Positions 46,108 to 59,973 of a stretch of 64,000 nt of DNA are shown piece by piece. The DNA lies in contig JAFGMO010000009.1 in the NCBI GenBank assembly GCA_016927475.1, positions 1,789 through 65,788 on the forward strand, in the 5' to 3' direction. The stretch is from Candidatus Aminicenantes bacterium. GTDB lineage: Bacteria; Acidobacteriota; Aminicenantia; Aminicenantales; Aminicenantaceae. The position numbers and the translations under genes are program-made. Numbering within the stretch: position 1 is the stretch's first letter; each line of letters starts with the position of its first letter. The notes below the pieces were generated by a model that worked only from the letters and a program-made list of their open reading frames with translations, searched no databases and had not been told where the DNA came from.

Positions 46108-48708
46108 ATGACAAAAAAAGACCGAAAACCTTCAAGATTGGCCGAATGGTTCCTTGGCCGGATTTATTCCGAAGAGGATGACCCCACTCGTTTGGGAGAC
46201 TTCAGGGAAGTTTTTCAGGAAATCCACAGGGAAAAGTCCCTCTTTTATGCCCGGGCCTGGTACTGGTGCCAGCTTCTAAGGTCCCTTCCGGGATGGATCA
46301 CCCATCGCCTGTACTGGAGTACTCAAATGTTTAAAAATTATATGCTTCTTTCAATCCGCAATCTTCATAAAAACAAAGGTTATGCGCTGATAAATATTTC
46401 AGGGCTTGCCGTGGGCATGGCCTGTTTTATTCTCATTCTGACCTATATCCGCTTTGAGACGAGCTTCGACCGCTTTCACGAAAAAGCCGGCAACATTTAC
46501 AGGATTATTCAAAAAGCATCAAACCAAGGAGATGCTGTCACCTCTTACTCAACCGGTACTTCCGAACTCCTCGGCCCCGCTTTAGTGGAAGACATTCCGG
46601 AGATTGTCCGGGCTTCGCGCATCGTAGACAACTGGCTGGATAAGGCTGTGCTCCATCTCGGGGATAAGACCTTCCTTCAGAACGGATTATTCGCCGATAA
46701 CAACTTCCTGAAAATCTTCTCGTTTCCTCTTGTTCATGGAGACTTTCATACGGCTCTGGAAAAGCCCGGTTCCGTCATTCTCACGGAAAGTACTGCCCAA
46801 AAATTTTTTGAAAACGGTCAGGCTTTAGGAAAGATGATTTCCCTTCGGCTGCGGAACAACAATTACGATCTCCAGGTTGCCGGCATTATGGAAGATGTCC
46901 CCATGAATTCGCACCTTCAGTTTGATTTCCTGGTATCCGAGCAAACACTCAGGGCTGAAAAAAGGTTAAGGTGGATGTACGGCACCTGGGATATCGGTAA
47001 TTTTACGACCTATGTCGAACTGGCCAAAGGCCATCCTTTCGAAAATACGGAAAAAAAATTCCCCTCTTTTATCAAAAAACATCATCCCGGTATGGACCCC
47101 CTTTATCTTCAGCCTCTGAAAGATATCCACCTCAAGTCAAACCTCGAAAGGGAAAGCGCGACGAAATATGAGATACGACAGGTTTATCTGTTTACATCCA
47201 TCGCTTTTATCATCCTGATGATCGCCTGCATCAACACCATGAACCTGGCAACGGCCCGGTCTTTCAGCCGGACGCGGGAAATCGGCATGCGTAAAGTTAC
47301 CGGCGCTGACCGCAGCCAACTGTTCAGGCAGTTTATGAGCGAGTCTTTCCTGGTCACGTTCATTTCTTTGCTGATGTCCCTCTTTCTCGTTAGATTATTT
47401 CTGCCCCGGTTTCAGATGCTGACGGGCGTCGACCTTCATGTTGATGTCTTGAACACGCCGTCACTTTTCCTTATTGTCCTTGTGACTTTTTCACTAACTG
47501 CTGTTCTGTCCGGAATCTATCCCGCTCTGGTTTTATCATCCCTTCCGCCCTTAAGCGTTTTCCGGGAATTTCAGACATCGGGAAAAAAAGGCTCTTTGAT
47601 ACGGAATGTTTTGGTGGTTGTCCAGTTCAGCTCTGCTGTCATTCTCATTGCGGTTACTCTGGTCGTCATCAGCCAGCTGAACTTTATCAGGAATAAAAAT
47701 CTGGGCTTTGACCGGGAACACGTGGTGGTTTTTCCTCTCCTTGAAAAGGAGACACGGAACAAGGCCGAAGCCATGCAAAACGCCCTTCTTCAATACCCTG
47801 AAGTGCTGGATGTAACAGCTTCAGACGGACTGGCTATCGACATCCGCAGCCGTCTTTTAGGCTTAAAATTAAAGAGTGATCAAGGCACAGATGTAAAGAT
47901 GGAATTGTGTTTTGATTATGTCGATGAACATTTTCTCAATGTCTTTAAAATAAAGCTCGTACAAGGACGTAATCTTTCAAGCAGGATCGGTTCGGACAAA
48001 AACGGCATCCTGCTGAACGAAACCGCCGTTAAACATCTCGGCTGGAGGAATCCCATCGGAAAAATTTTAACCATTTTCAGGGGAAAACATGAGGTTATCG
48101 GTATCGTCAAGGATTTCCATTTCGCTTCCCTGCACAAAAAAATCGAACCCATGGCCCTTTTATACAGCAGGGGAAGCAATATCGCGGTCCGCTTCAAACC
48201 GGGTAACGCTCAGCAGAGGATATCCCTGCTCAAAGACGTTTTCAAGAAACACAGCAGCACTCAGCCCTTTACCTATTTTTTCCTGGATGAGTCCTATAAC
48301 AATCTCTACAAAAAAGAACAAAGGACAGCAGAACTTTTCGCCTTATTCGCCGTTCTGTCCATATTCATATCCTGCCTTGGGCTTTTGGGGATAGCCTCTT
48401 TTTCTGTCGAGCAGCGAACGAAAGAGATCGGGATTCGAAAAGTCCTTGGAGCATCCTTACAAAGTATCGTCGGACTTCTTATGAAAGATTCCGTCCGGAT
48501 GGTGCTTATAGCCAATATTTTCGCCCTTCCGATCGCCGTCTATGCGGCCCACCTCTGGCTTCAGGATTTCTCCTACAGGATTCGATTGCCTTTAGGTGTG
48601 TTTTTTCTCGCTTCTTTTCTCGCCCTATTGCTGGCCGCTCTCGTTACCGTTCTTCAATCTCTGCGTCCGGCTTCCGCAGACCCGGTAGAGACATTGAGAT
48701 ACGAATAG
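46108..48708 (+). CDS. Duplicated FtsX/MacB-like ABC permease with N-terminal extension (orphan permease)
   Basis: MFKNY..INISGLAVGMAC, IACINTMNLATARS..REIGMRKVTGA, EQRTKEIGIRKVLGA, ADPVETLRYE. Confidence 0.92.
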   Translation: MTKKDRKPSRLAEWFLGRIYSEEDDPTRLGDFREVFQEIHREKSLFYARAWYWCQLLRSLPGWITHRLYWSTQMFKNYMLLSIRNLHKNKGYALINISGLAVGMACFILILTYIRFETSFDRFHEKAGNIYRIIQKASNQGDAVTSYSTGTSELLGPALVEDIPEIVRASRIVDNWLDKAVLHLGDKTFLQNGLFADNNFLKIFSFPLVHGDFHTALEKPGSVILTESTAQKFFENGQALGKMISLRLRNNNYDLQVAGIMEDVPMNSHLQFDFLVSEQTLRAEKRLRWMYGTWDIGNFTTYVELAKGHPFENTEKKFPSFIKKHHPGMDPLYLQPLKDIHLKSNLERESATKYEIRQVYLFTSIAFIILMIACINTMNLATARSFSRTREIGMRKVTGADRSQLFRQFMSESFLVTFISLLMSLFLVRLFLPRFQMLTGVDLHVDVLNTPSLFLIVLVTFSLTAVLSGIYPALVLSSLPPLSVFREFQTSGKKGSLIRNVLVVVQFSSAVILIAVTLVVISQLNFIRNKNLGFDREHVVVFPLLEKETRNKAEAMQNALLQYPEVLDVTASDGLAIDIRSRLLGLKLKSDQGTDVKMELCFDYVDEHFLNVFKIKLVQGRNLSSRIGSDKNGILLNETAVKHLGWRNPIGKILTIFRGKHEVIGIVKDFHFASLHKKIEPMALLYSRGSNIAVRFKPGNAQQRISLLKDVFKKHSSTQPFTYFFLDESYNNLYKKEQRTAELFALFAVLSIFISCLGLLGIASFSVEQRTKEIGIRKVLGASLQSIVGLLMKDSVRMVLIANIFALPIAVYAAHLWLQDFSYRIRLPLGVFFLASFLALLLAALVTVLQSLRPASADPVETLRYE

Positions 48709-48709
48709 C

Positions 48710-51985
<3,276 letters not shown>

Positions 51986-53467
51986 TCAGTGCTTGGGGGA
52001 ATAGCCGGGATTTTCTTTCGGCATTCGGGCCTGAGTTTCCTTCAACCAGGCCGATAGCTCCCTTTCCAATTCCCGTACTTTTTCCGGCTTGCTACCGGCC
52101 AGATCAACCTTCTCTTCAAGATCCTCTTCCAAGTTAAAAAGCTCGTATTGTTTTCCTTCGTATCTTTTGATCAGTTTCCATTTCCCTTTGCGAATGATGC
52201 TGTAGGGCACGATATCCGGTTCCCGGTAATGCGGAAAATGCCAGAAGATGGATACACGTTTCAATAAGGTCCGGCCGTGAAGCAGGGGCCATAGATTCTC
52301 TCCATCGATCGTCCGTTCAACGGGATATTCCAACCCGCAGGCGGAACATAACGTCGGAAAAATGTCCACACTGGTAACAGGTTCCCGGCATTCCGCCCCC
52401 CCCTTAATTTTCCCCGGCCAGGATATAATGAGCGGCACACGGATACCGCCTTCATAGGGATAACCTTTACCGGAACGGAGCGGAGCGTTATCCGTGGCAT
52501 ATTCCCGCTTTAAGCCGCCATTGTCCGAAGTAAAAATAATCAGTGTCGAATGTCTCTTTCCCGTTCTTTCAAGAGCCGCCACAATACGTCCGACGGCCCT
52601 GTCTACACTTTCCACAAGTGCCGCATACTCGGGACATTTTTGATTGGCCGGTTTTTTACGGCGGTACTTAGCCACCAGTTCTTCCGGCCCTTCGATGGGC
52701 GTATGCACGGCATAAAACCACATATTCAGGAAAAAAGGTTGTTCGGTATGGTCAAGGATAAATTTTTCCGCTTCCTCCGCTTCCCTTTCGGTAAGGTGTT
52801 CTCCCGGCCTTCGCGGTTTTAAAGTGGGGATGCTGCTTCGGCGTTCATTTTGATAATACGGGTCAAAATATGTTGGAGGCTGGCCGATCTCACAGCCGCC
52901 GATATTGATATCAAATCCCTGACGGTCCGGGAACCAGGGACGAAAGCCAAGATGCCATTTACCGATGTGGCAGGTGGTATAACCGGCCGTTTTGAGGTGC
53001 TCGGCGATCGTCAGTTCATCAAGCTCCATCCAGTACGGATTGGGCGGGCACAGAAGCCGCCGGCTGCTGTCGCCGACATATTCGCTCGGCGGAAGTCCGG
53101 TACCCAGGGCGGTATACGCCTCGCGGTCGAGGTGATGGATCCAGTCCGTGATCCCGATGCGAGCCGGGTACCTGCCGGTCATAAGAGAAGCTCGTGACGG
53201 CGAACATACCGCGCATGAAGCATAGGCATCAGTGAACCAGGTTCCTTGCGCAGCCAACCGGTCGATGTTCGGCGTTTCATAATACCGGCTTCCGTAACAT
53301 GAGAGGTCCGTCCACCCAAGGTCATCGACATTAAAAAGAATAACGTTGGGCAGACTCCCTTCCTCCGCCCAAATCGAAGCCGGCGGAAAAAAGGAAGAAA
53401 AAGACCTCAAAAAAGCACAGCCCGCAGCTCCTTTTCCCAATACTTCAACAAAACGCCTTCTCTTCAT
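51986..53467 (-). CDS. Sulfatase (Cys-type) with Tat signal
   Basis: MKRRRF Tat motif; DDLG, CSPSRASLMTG (CxPxR), GKWHLG, SDNGG, GKGYPYEGGIRVP. Confidence 0.94.
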   Translation of the reverse strand: MKRRRFVEVLGKGAAGCAFLRSFSSFFPPASIWAEEGSLPNVILFNVDDLGWTDLSCYGSRYYETPNIDRLAAQGTWFTDAYASCAVCSPSRASLMTGRYPARIGITDWIHHLDREAYTALGTGLPPSEYVGDSSRRLLCPPNPYWMELDELTIAEHLKTAGYTTCHIGKWHLGFRPWFPDRQGFDINIGGCEIGQPPTYFDPYYQNERRSSIPTLKPRRPGEHLTEREAEEAEKFILDHTEQPFFLNMWFYAVHTPIEGPEELVAKYRRKKPANQKCPEYAALVESVDRAVGRIVAALERTGKRHSTLIIFTSDNGGLKREYATDNAPLRSGKGYPYEGGIRVPLIISWPGKIKGGAECREPVTSVDIFPTLCSACGLEYPVERTIDGENLWPLLHGRTLLKRVSIFWHFPHYREPDIVPYSIIRKGKWKLIKRYEGKQYELFNLEEDLEEKVDLAGSKPEKVRELERELSAWLKETQARMPKENPGYSPKH

Positions 53468-53725
53468 GAGTTCACTCCTCTTCCTTTTCCCAAAAAAGCA
53501 TCATCAATATCCCTTCTTCATTCAAAGGAAGTACCCTTATTCCTTTCAATTTTTTTCCTTTGCCGTATCCGAGCTCCACAAGTTTTTAAAGTCCGGTCAT
53601 CCAGCTCTACAGCAGGAGGGAAAAAAGGCCGACATGGAAAAAAACAAATGAAAAAAAATTTGGCGATTGTTTTTTTTCATGCTTAGCTCTCAGCCAAGAT
53701 ATTTATCCATGTGATTTTTTTTGGA

Positions 53726-55513
53726 CTAGTCGGCCAGCAGCTTGCTCCAGGCTTTGACAAGAAGCATCGAGGAAACCAGAGCGATAGCGGACAAAATCAT
53801 GGCTACGGTGCGATGGCCGTAAATCCAGTGGCCGACGGCAAAAAGCGTGCTGTATACGGCCGAACATCCCAAAAACATACAGAGAAGGCCGCGGGGAACC
53901 TGCCAGGCTTTATCGCCACTTTCTGATGACTCATCCGGTCCCCGCAGCCGGCCCGTGATTTTCGACCAACCCGGTCCGCCCGGTTTGACGAGACGACAGA
54001 AGCTTACTAACGTTTTCTCTTCGGTCGGTTTGGTCAAAAAGGTCACACAAAGCCATCCAAAGGTGGTAATGCAGACTCCGATAGTCAGTTCCTGCCATTG
54101 GTCAAGTTGGGGAAGTCCCGTATGATCATGGATCAGGCGAAAATAAACAGCCACCAAAAAGGAAACAACCATAGCGGCAATTTCGCTGGCGGCATTGATG
54201 CGCCACCAGAACCATCGAAGGATAAAAAGCAAGCCTGTCCCTGCGCCGATTTGGAGCAGGATCTGAAAGCTGTCCAGGGCATTCTCCATCCAAAGAGCCA
54301 GAACTCCGGCCAAGAGCATGAGCAAAACCGTCGCCATCCTGCCGACAAAAACAAGTTCCTTTTCATGGGCCTGCGGCCTCAGGAAGCGGTGGTAAAAATC
54401 ATGAATAAGATATGACGCTCCCCAGTTAAGATGGGTGGATATGGTCGACATGTATGCTGCAATGAGCGAGGCGACAACCAGCCCTAAAAATCCAGCGGGA
54501 AGAAAGGTCAGCATGGCTGGATAGCCCATATCATGGTTGACGACATCCGCCGCATGGGGAAAGGCCGTCCGGAGGGCGTCCAGGTTTGGGAACACAACCA
54601 GAGAAGCCAGGGCGACGATGATCCAGGGCCATGGCCTGAGAGCGTAATGAGCGGCGTTAAACAGAAAAACGGCCCCAACGGAGTGTTTTTCATTTTTAGC
54701 TGCCAGCATTCTCTGAGCGATATACCCCCCGCCACCGGGCTCGGCACCGGGATACCAGACGCTCCACCATTGGACAAGCAGCGGGATGAGAAATACGGCG
54801 AACAACTCGCTTCCCACGGAAAAATCAGGAAGGAGGGCAAGACGTCCGGATACGGCTTCATGGGCCAGGAGTCCTTTTAATCCCCCCACCTGGGGAAGTC
54901 TTAAGGCAACCAAGGCCGCGCCCAAACCGCCGGCCATGGCCAATCCGAATTGGATAAGATCGGTGATCAACACCCCACGAAGTCCCCCCAGGCTGCTGTA
55001 GACCATGGTCACCAAACCGGCTATAAAAATGGTCTGAAGGGGTGAAAAATTCATCAATACCCGCCCGATTTTAATGGCTGCCAAAGACACTGTCGCCATG
55101 ATCACAATATTGAAAAAAGCCCCTAAATAAAGCGCCCGGAATCCCCGAAGAAAGGCGGCCGGACGGCAGCTGTAACGGAGCTCATAGAACTCGATATCCG
55201 TCAGAACACCCGACCGTTTCCAAAGACGGGCATAAACAAAAACCGTAAGCATCCCCGTCAGTAAAAAAGCCCACCAGAACCAGTTGCCGGCCACTCCATG
55301 TCTGCGTACGATATCGGTAACCAAATTGGGCGTATCGGTGGAAAAGGTTGTCGCCACCATAGATACCCCGAGAAGCCACCAGGGCATGTTCCGGCCGGCG
55401 GCAAAAAATTCAGTGGAGCTTTTACCCGCTTTCCGGGTTACGGCTACGCCAATCAGCAACGAAATAACAAAATAGGCGGCGATCAGTGTCCAATCAATTC
55501 CCTGCAGCAGCAT
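53726..55513 (-). CDS. Sodium:solute symporter (SSS) family protein
   Basis: FFAAGRNMPWW..SMVATTFSTDTP, GGLRGVLITD, YIAQRML, AAYMSTISTHLN. Confidence 0.92.
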   Translation of the reverse strand: MLLQGIDWTLIAAYFVISLLIGVAVTRKAGKSSTEFFAAGRNMPWWLLGVSMVATTFSTDTPNLVTDIVRRHGVAGNWFWWAFLLTGMLTVFVYARLWKRSGVLTDIEFYELRYSCRPAAFLRGFRALYLGAFFNIVIMATVSLAAIKIGRVLMNFSPLQTIFIAGLVTMVYSSLGGLRGVLITDLIQFGLAMAGGLGAALVALRLPQVGGLKGLLAHEAVSGRLALLPDFSVGSELFAVFLIPLLVQWWSVWYPGAEPGGGGYIAQRMLAAKNEKHSVGAVFLFNAAHYALRPWPWIIVALASLVVFPNLDALRTAFPHAADVVNHDMGYPAMLTFLPAGFLGLVVASLIAAYMSTISTHLNWGASYLIHDFYHRFLRPQAHEKELVFVGRMATVLLMLLAGVLALWMENALDSFQILLQIGAGTGLLFILRWFWWRINAASEIAAMVVSFLVAVYFRLIHDHTGLPQLDQWQELTIGVCITTFGWLCVTFLTKPTEEKTLVSFCRLVKPGGPGWSKITGRLRGPDESSESGDKAWQVPRGLLCMFLGCSAVYSTLFAVGHWIYGHRTVAMILSAIALVSSMLLVKAWSKLLAD

Positions 55514-55595
55514 GGCGAACACCTTTCAAAATGTTAATACTTGAAGCAACCCAACGATTACACAAGACCATCTTCCCCATTTCGAGATGTTTGCA

Positions 55596-57131
55596 TCACC
55601 AGAAAATAATATAAAGCGCGATTGTTACGGCAATGACCAAAAGCCCCAACCAAACAACGGAAGGAGTCGGTTTCAAATCGAACCCTTCTTTTACCGGCAG
55701 TTTTTTCGGCCTGTCCAGCGGTTTCCATAATGTGGCAACAGTCATAGCCAGAATGAGAATGCCGAAGGTGATGGCCATTTTATTTAAAAACACCAAGCTG
55801 TCAAAGCACTTCAGATGAAGTATTCCATAAACAGGCACATTAAGTACCAATGCGGTGATGGCAGCGGATGAGGGCGCTTTCTTAAAAATAAGCCCAAAAA
55901 CAAAGGCTGCCAGGATGCCGGGGGAAATAAATCCCTGAAAATCCTGAATGTAGTGGAAAATACCCTGGAATTTGGGATTCCCCAACTGGGGCGCAATGAG
56001 ACAGCCGATCATGACAAATATCACCGTCATGATACGGCCGATTTTTATCAACGTGTCCGAAGAAGCGTCCTGTTTCCAATGCCTTTTGTAAAGGTCCATA
56101 GTAAAGATCGTGGAAGCCGAGTTGAGCATGGAGTCCAACGAGCTCATAATAGCCCCGAAAATGGCGGCAAACATGAATCCCCTCAACCCGGCCGGAATGA
56201 GATTCCGTATAAGAAGCGGGTAAGCCTGGTCGCTGGTCGCCATCTGGTTTGAATAAAGCTGAAGGGCCATGATACCCGGAATAACAATGATAAAGGGGAT
56301 GAGAAGTTTGAGGGATGCGGCGAGGATAATGCCCAGCTGCCCCTGTTTCAAGCTGCGGGCACCGAGCGTTCTCTGGGTGATATACTGGTTCAAACCCCAA
56401 TAGTAAAAGTTCGGAATCCAGATACCGACGATAAGCGCTGTCCAGGGGATTTCGGGATGGTCGGACGGTAAAAACATGTGGAGCCTGCCGGCGTTCTCCG
56501 TAAAAAACGATCCCACGCCTCCGACGGCGATAAATCCCAGGATCAAAACAGCGGCACCACCTATAAGGAGGCCGGAACCCTGGATCAGGTCGGCCCAGAC
56601 AACCGCCTTCAACCCCCCATATGTCGTGTAAAAGGCGGCCACAATTCCGATAAGCCATACCGCCTTTGTCAGGTCCATACCAAAGATGGTGTGCAGCGTC
56701 AAGCCGCCCGAATAAAGGACAGCGGCAATGGTGACAGCCACGTAGATGATAACGGTATAAAAAGCCATGATGGCCCGAGGGATGGGATTGTATCTGTATT
56801 CAAGAAACTCGGGAATCGTGTAAATGCCGCTTCGAAGAAATTTCGGAAGAAAAAACAAGGCGACAATAACGAGGGTGATAGCCGCAACCCACTCATAGCT
56901 TGCCACGGCCAGCCCGACATTTCCCGCTCCCTGGCCGGACATGCCGACAAACTGCTCCGTCGAAATGTTTGAGGCGATAAGAGAAAAACCGATCAGGTAC
57001 CAACCCAGATCCCGACCTGCCAAAAAATAATCTTCACTCGTTTTTTCTTTGCGGCTCTTATATAGGCTCGTTCCCACGACAAAACAAACAAAGGCCAGAA
57101 AAACGGATATATCGATCCAGCTTAGATCCAT
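55596..57131 (-). CDS. Sodium/sugar symporter (SGLT-like SSS)
   Basis: DYFLAGR..SLIASNISTEQFVGMSG, GGLKAVVWAD, YWGLNQYITQRTL, AIMSSLDSMLNSAST. Confidence 0.93.
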   Translation of the reverse strand: MDLSWIDISVFLAFVCFVVGTSLYKSRKEKTSEDYFLAGRDLGWYLIGFSLIASNISTEQFVGMSGQGAGNVGLAVASYEWVAAITLVIVALFFLPKFLRSGIYTIPEFLEYRYNPIPRAIMAFYTVIIYVAVTIAAVLYSGGLTLHTIFGMDLTKAVWLIGIVAAFYTTYGGLKAVVWADLIQGSGLLIGGAAVLILGFIAVGGVGSFFTENAGRLHMFLPSDHPEIPWTALIVGIWIPNFYYWGLNQYITQRTLGARSLKQGQLGIILAASLKLLIPFIIVIPGIMALQLYSNQMATSDQAYPLLIRNLIPAGLRGFMFAAIFGAIMSSLDSMLNSASTIFTMDLYKRHWKQDASSDTLIKIGRIMTVIFVMIGCLIAPQLGNPKFQGIFHYIQDFQGFISPGILAAFVFGLIFKKAPSSAAITALVLNVPVYGILHLKCFDSLVFLNKMAITFGILILAMTVATLWKPLDRPKKLPVKEGFDLKPTPSVVWLGLLVIAVTIALYIIFW

Positions 57132-57362
57132 GTTGGCGCCCTTTCATTCCGGAATTTTGTCGGTGTCCGTATCGAATGAACTTCACTTTATCCTTTGCTT
57201 TTATCACAGCAGCTTCATCCCGTCAATTTTAAAAATTTTTGAAAATTTTCAAGAAAAACCATCCTCATATCTTGCCAGCGCAAGATCGGAAACAGGCTGT
57301 GTTACCATGAAGGAACCCAAAAGACGACATATCCGTATAACAAATAAAGGAGTACGAATACT

Positions 57363-57758
57363 ATGAAAAAAACTTTGACCTCTGGCGTATCTTTTTTAAC
57401 AATCATTTTTTTATCTCTAACAGCTTTTCCCTTCTCTCATCCGGAAATACAGGAATTGGAAAAAAAGTATGCCCCCATCACAGGAGTCTATGAGTTCGAC
57501 TTGAGCGATGCGGGATACGGTATTCTGACCATAGAATTTTATGTCGACAATAATTCGATCTGGGCGCAATCTTCGGTCGGCTCCACTCCCGGTGAAATGA
57601 TACCTGTGGAAGGTAAAGAATTCGTTTTTACCATTGAAGACCCCGATGAAGGAATGTATGAGGTTTCCTTTATTAAAAATGAAGAGGGAAAATACACGAA
57701 ATGCCGCGTCAAGAATGATAATATGGGCATGGATGTTGTCGGCACAAAATTGGAATAA
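57363..57758 (+). CDS. Hypothetical secreted protein
   Basis: 131 aa with N-terminal signal peptide; RBS-like GGAG upstream; no family recognised. Confidence 0.7.
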   Translation: MKKTLTSGVSFLTIIFLSLTAFPFSHPEIQELEKKYAPITGVYEFDLSDAGYGILTIEFYVDNNSIWAQSSVGSTPGEMIPVEGKEFVFTIEDPDEGMYEVSFIKNEEGKYTKCRVKNDNMGMDVVGTKLE

Positions 57759-57902
57759 TGCAGATAAATTTGGCCGTTATTTTCTTGAAAGTGATTACAG
57801 AAAATGATTTAATAGCAGCACTGCCGAAAGAAATTTAAACGTGACATAAAATATTAGGACATCTATCGGTCTCGGCTAATTTACGGATAAGGGAGGCGGT
57901 CC

Positions 57903-58382
57903 ATGCTTAAGGCTTTGGTTTGCTATTTTTCAAAAACGGGGAATACGGAACAAATGGCCCAAAAAATTCAGCAGATCCTGCAGGAAGAAGGGCTGGAAGC
58001 CGATCTTAAAAAAACACACGAAATTCAGGCCAAAGACTTTCTCGGTTATGATTGCCTCATTTTCGGATCGCCGACTTACTACGGAACGATGGCCTGGGAG
58101 CTGAAGAAACTTCTGGATGAAAGCGTCGCCTTTCACGGACGCCTGAAAGGGAAAACCGGAGGCGCCTTTTCCTCATCGGCAAACGTGGGAGGTGGAAATG
58201 AAACCACGGTTATGGATATTCTTAAAGCCCTTCTGATTCACGGAATGATCATTCAAGGAAACCCAAAAGGTGACCATTACGGCCCCGTGGCCATCGGCGC
58301 ACCGGACAAACGGGCCCTGACATGCTGCGAGCAACTTGCCCGAAATCTGGCCAAACTGACAAAAATGGCTGCGGCTTCTTAG
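57903..58382 (+). CDS. Flavodoxin / WrbA-like NAD(P)H-dependent oxidoreductase
   Basis: YFSKTGNTEQMA FMN loop, FGSPTYYG, GGAFSSS..GGGNET, HYGPV. Confidence 0.9.
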   Translation: MLKALVCYFSKTGNTEQMAQKIQQILQEEGLEADLKKTHEIQAKDFLGYDCLIFGSPTYYGTMAWELKKLLDESVAFHGRLKGKTGGAFSSSANVGGGNETTVMDILKALLIHGMIIQGNPKGDHYGPVAIGAPDKRALTCCEQLARNLAKLTKMAAAS

Positions 58383-58391
58383 AAAAAAAAG

Positions 58392-59951
58392 ATGAGGACA
58401 AAAATCTTCCAAGGACGCCCAACCCTTTTTTTCTTCATTCTTTGTTCTTTTCTGTTGACCTCTCTGTCCTGTAAAAAGCACAATAGGATTGGAGATTTTC
58501 TTCTGACGGAAGCGACCATCGCCGATATTCATGATGCCTTGTTTTCGGGAAAAATCACCTGTCGGCAGCTCGTCGAGACCTACCTTCAGCGGATCGAAAC
58601 CTTCGATAAAAGCACCCGTTTGAACGCCATTGTCGTCGTCAATGAGAACGCCCTTAAAAGGGCGGATGAACTGGACGCTGAATTTCAAAAAACAGGAGAG
58701 CTCCGCCCCCTGCACGGCATTCCCATCATTGTCAAAGATAATTATGAAACCAAGGATATGCAGACGACGGCCGGGTCCGAAGCCCTGGAAGGATTTATTC
58801 CCCCGGATGATGCTTATCAGGTCAAAGTCCTTCGGCAGGCCGGCGCCGTTATCCTGGCCAAATCCAACATGGCCGAATGGGCTTTCAGCCCTTACCAAAC
58901 CCAGAGCTCCATCGCCGGAATCACCCGTAATCCTTATGACCTAAACTACGTTCCCGCAGGATCCAGCGGGGGCACGGCAGCGGCGGTTTCCGCCAATTTC
59001 GGGACGGCCGGCCTGGGAACGGATACAGGGAATTCCATACGAGGCCCGTCATCCCACTGTTGTCTGGTGGGCATTCGGTCGACCATGGGACTGACCAGCC
59101 GAGACGGCATCATCCCTCTTTATCTCCGCAATGACATCGGAGGTCCCATGTGCCGGACCGTTGAAGACGCCGTTCGCATTCTGGAGGTTATCGCCGGATA
59201 CGATCCTGCAGATCCCATCACCGAAAAATGCCGGGGAAAAGTCCCTGAAAACTACAGGCAGTACCTGGACCCCGACGGCTTGAAGAACGTCCGCATCGGA
59301 GTTTTTCGCTTTTACACAGATCTTCCGACGGCGGACCCGGAAATCGTTTCGCTATTTGAAAAAGCATTGGAGGACATGAAAAAGGCGGGAGCGTTTCTGG
59401 TCGATCCATTGTCCATTCCTGATTTCGGAGAACTGACAAAGGACCTCTGGTGTGATATGTTCCGTCATGACCTCAATAACTATCTCGCCTCGCTTGGCGA
59501 AAAAGCCCCTTATAAAAACCTCACCGAGATATACAACACGGGAAAATTTTCTTTATACATAAAAAAAAGGCTCTACAGGGCCCTTGAGGTTCCGCTTGAC
59601 GAGGATCACGTCTGCCGTGATCTCTACAGCGAACCGCGCAATATCGCCTTCCGGGATGCCGTTCTGAAGGCCATGGAAAACGCCGGTATCGATGTCCTCG
59701 TTTACCCGACCTGGAATAATCCTCCGAGAAGGCTGGGCGATGAGCGGAGTCCGGCCGGAGACAACAGCCAGCTTATCCCCCCCCATACGGGCATGCCCGC
59801 CTTAACGGTGCCCATGGGCTTTGTGCGCAAAAAACTTCCGGCGGGATTACAGATCGTCGGCAAGCTCTTCGATGAACCGACGCTGATCCGCATCGCCTAT
59901 ACTTACGAGCAACTCACGAAACACCGCCGCCCCCCCAAACGCTTTGAATAA
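58392..59951 (+). CDS. Amidase-signature family lipoprotein
   Basis: Lipobox LSC; [29 protein letters not shown] catalytic triad motifs. Confidence 0.92.
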   Translation: MRTKIFQGRPTLFFFILCSFLLTSLSCKKHNRIGDFLLTEATIADIHDALFSGKITCRQLVETYLQRIETFDKSTRLNAIVVVNENALKRADELDAEFQKTGELRPLHGIPIIVKDNYETKDMQTTAGSEALEGFIPPDDAYQVKVLRQAGAVILAKSNMAEWAFSPYQTQSSIAGITRNPYDLNYVPAGSSGGTAAAVSANFGTAGLGTDTGNSIRGPSSHCCLVGIRSTMGLTSRDGIIPLYLRNDIGGPMCRTVEDAVRILEVIAGYDPADPITEKCRGKVPENYRQYLDPDGLKNVRIGVFRFYTDLPTADPEIVSLFEKALEDMKKAGAFLVDPLSIPDFGELTKDLWCDMFRHDLNNYLASLGEKAPYKNLTEIYNTGKFSLYIKKRLYRALEVPLDEDHVCRDLYSEPRNIAFRDAVLKAMENAGIDVLVYPTWNNPPRRLGDERSPAGDNSQLIPPHTGMPALTVPMGFVRKKLPAGLQIVGKLFDEPTLIRIAYTYEQLTKHRRPPKRFE

Positions 59952-59971
59952 AAACAGACTTTGTCTGTTTT
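59951..59971. terminator. Bidirectional hairpin between convergent amidase and permease genes
   Basis: AAAACAGAC-TTT-GTCTGTTTT between the two stop codons. Confidence 0.5.
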
Positions 59972-59973
59972 AT

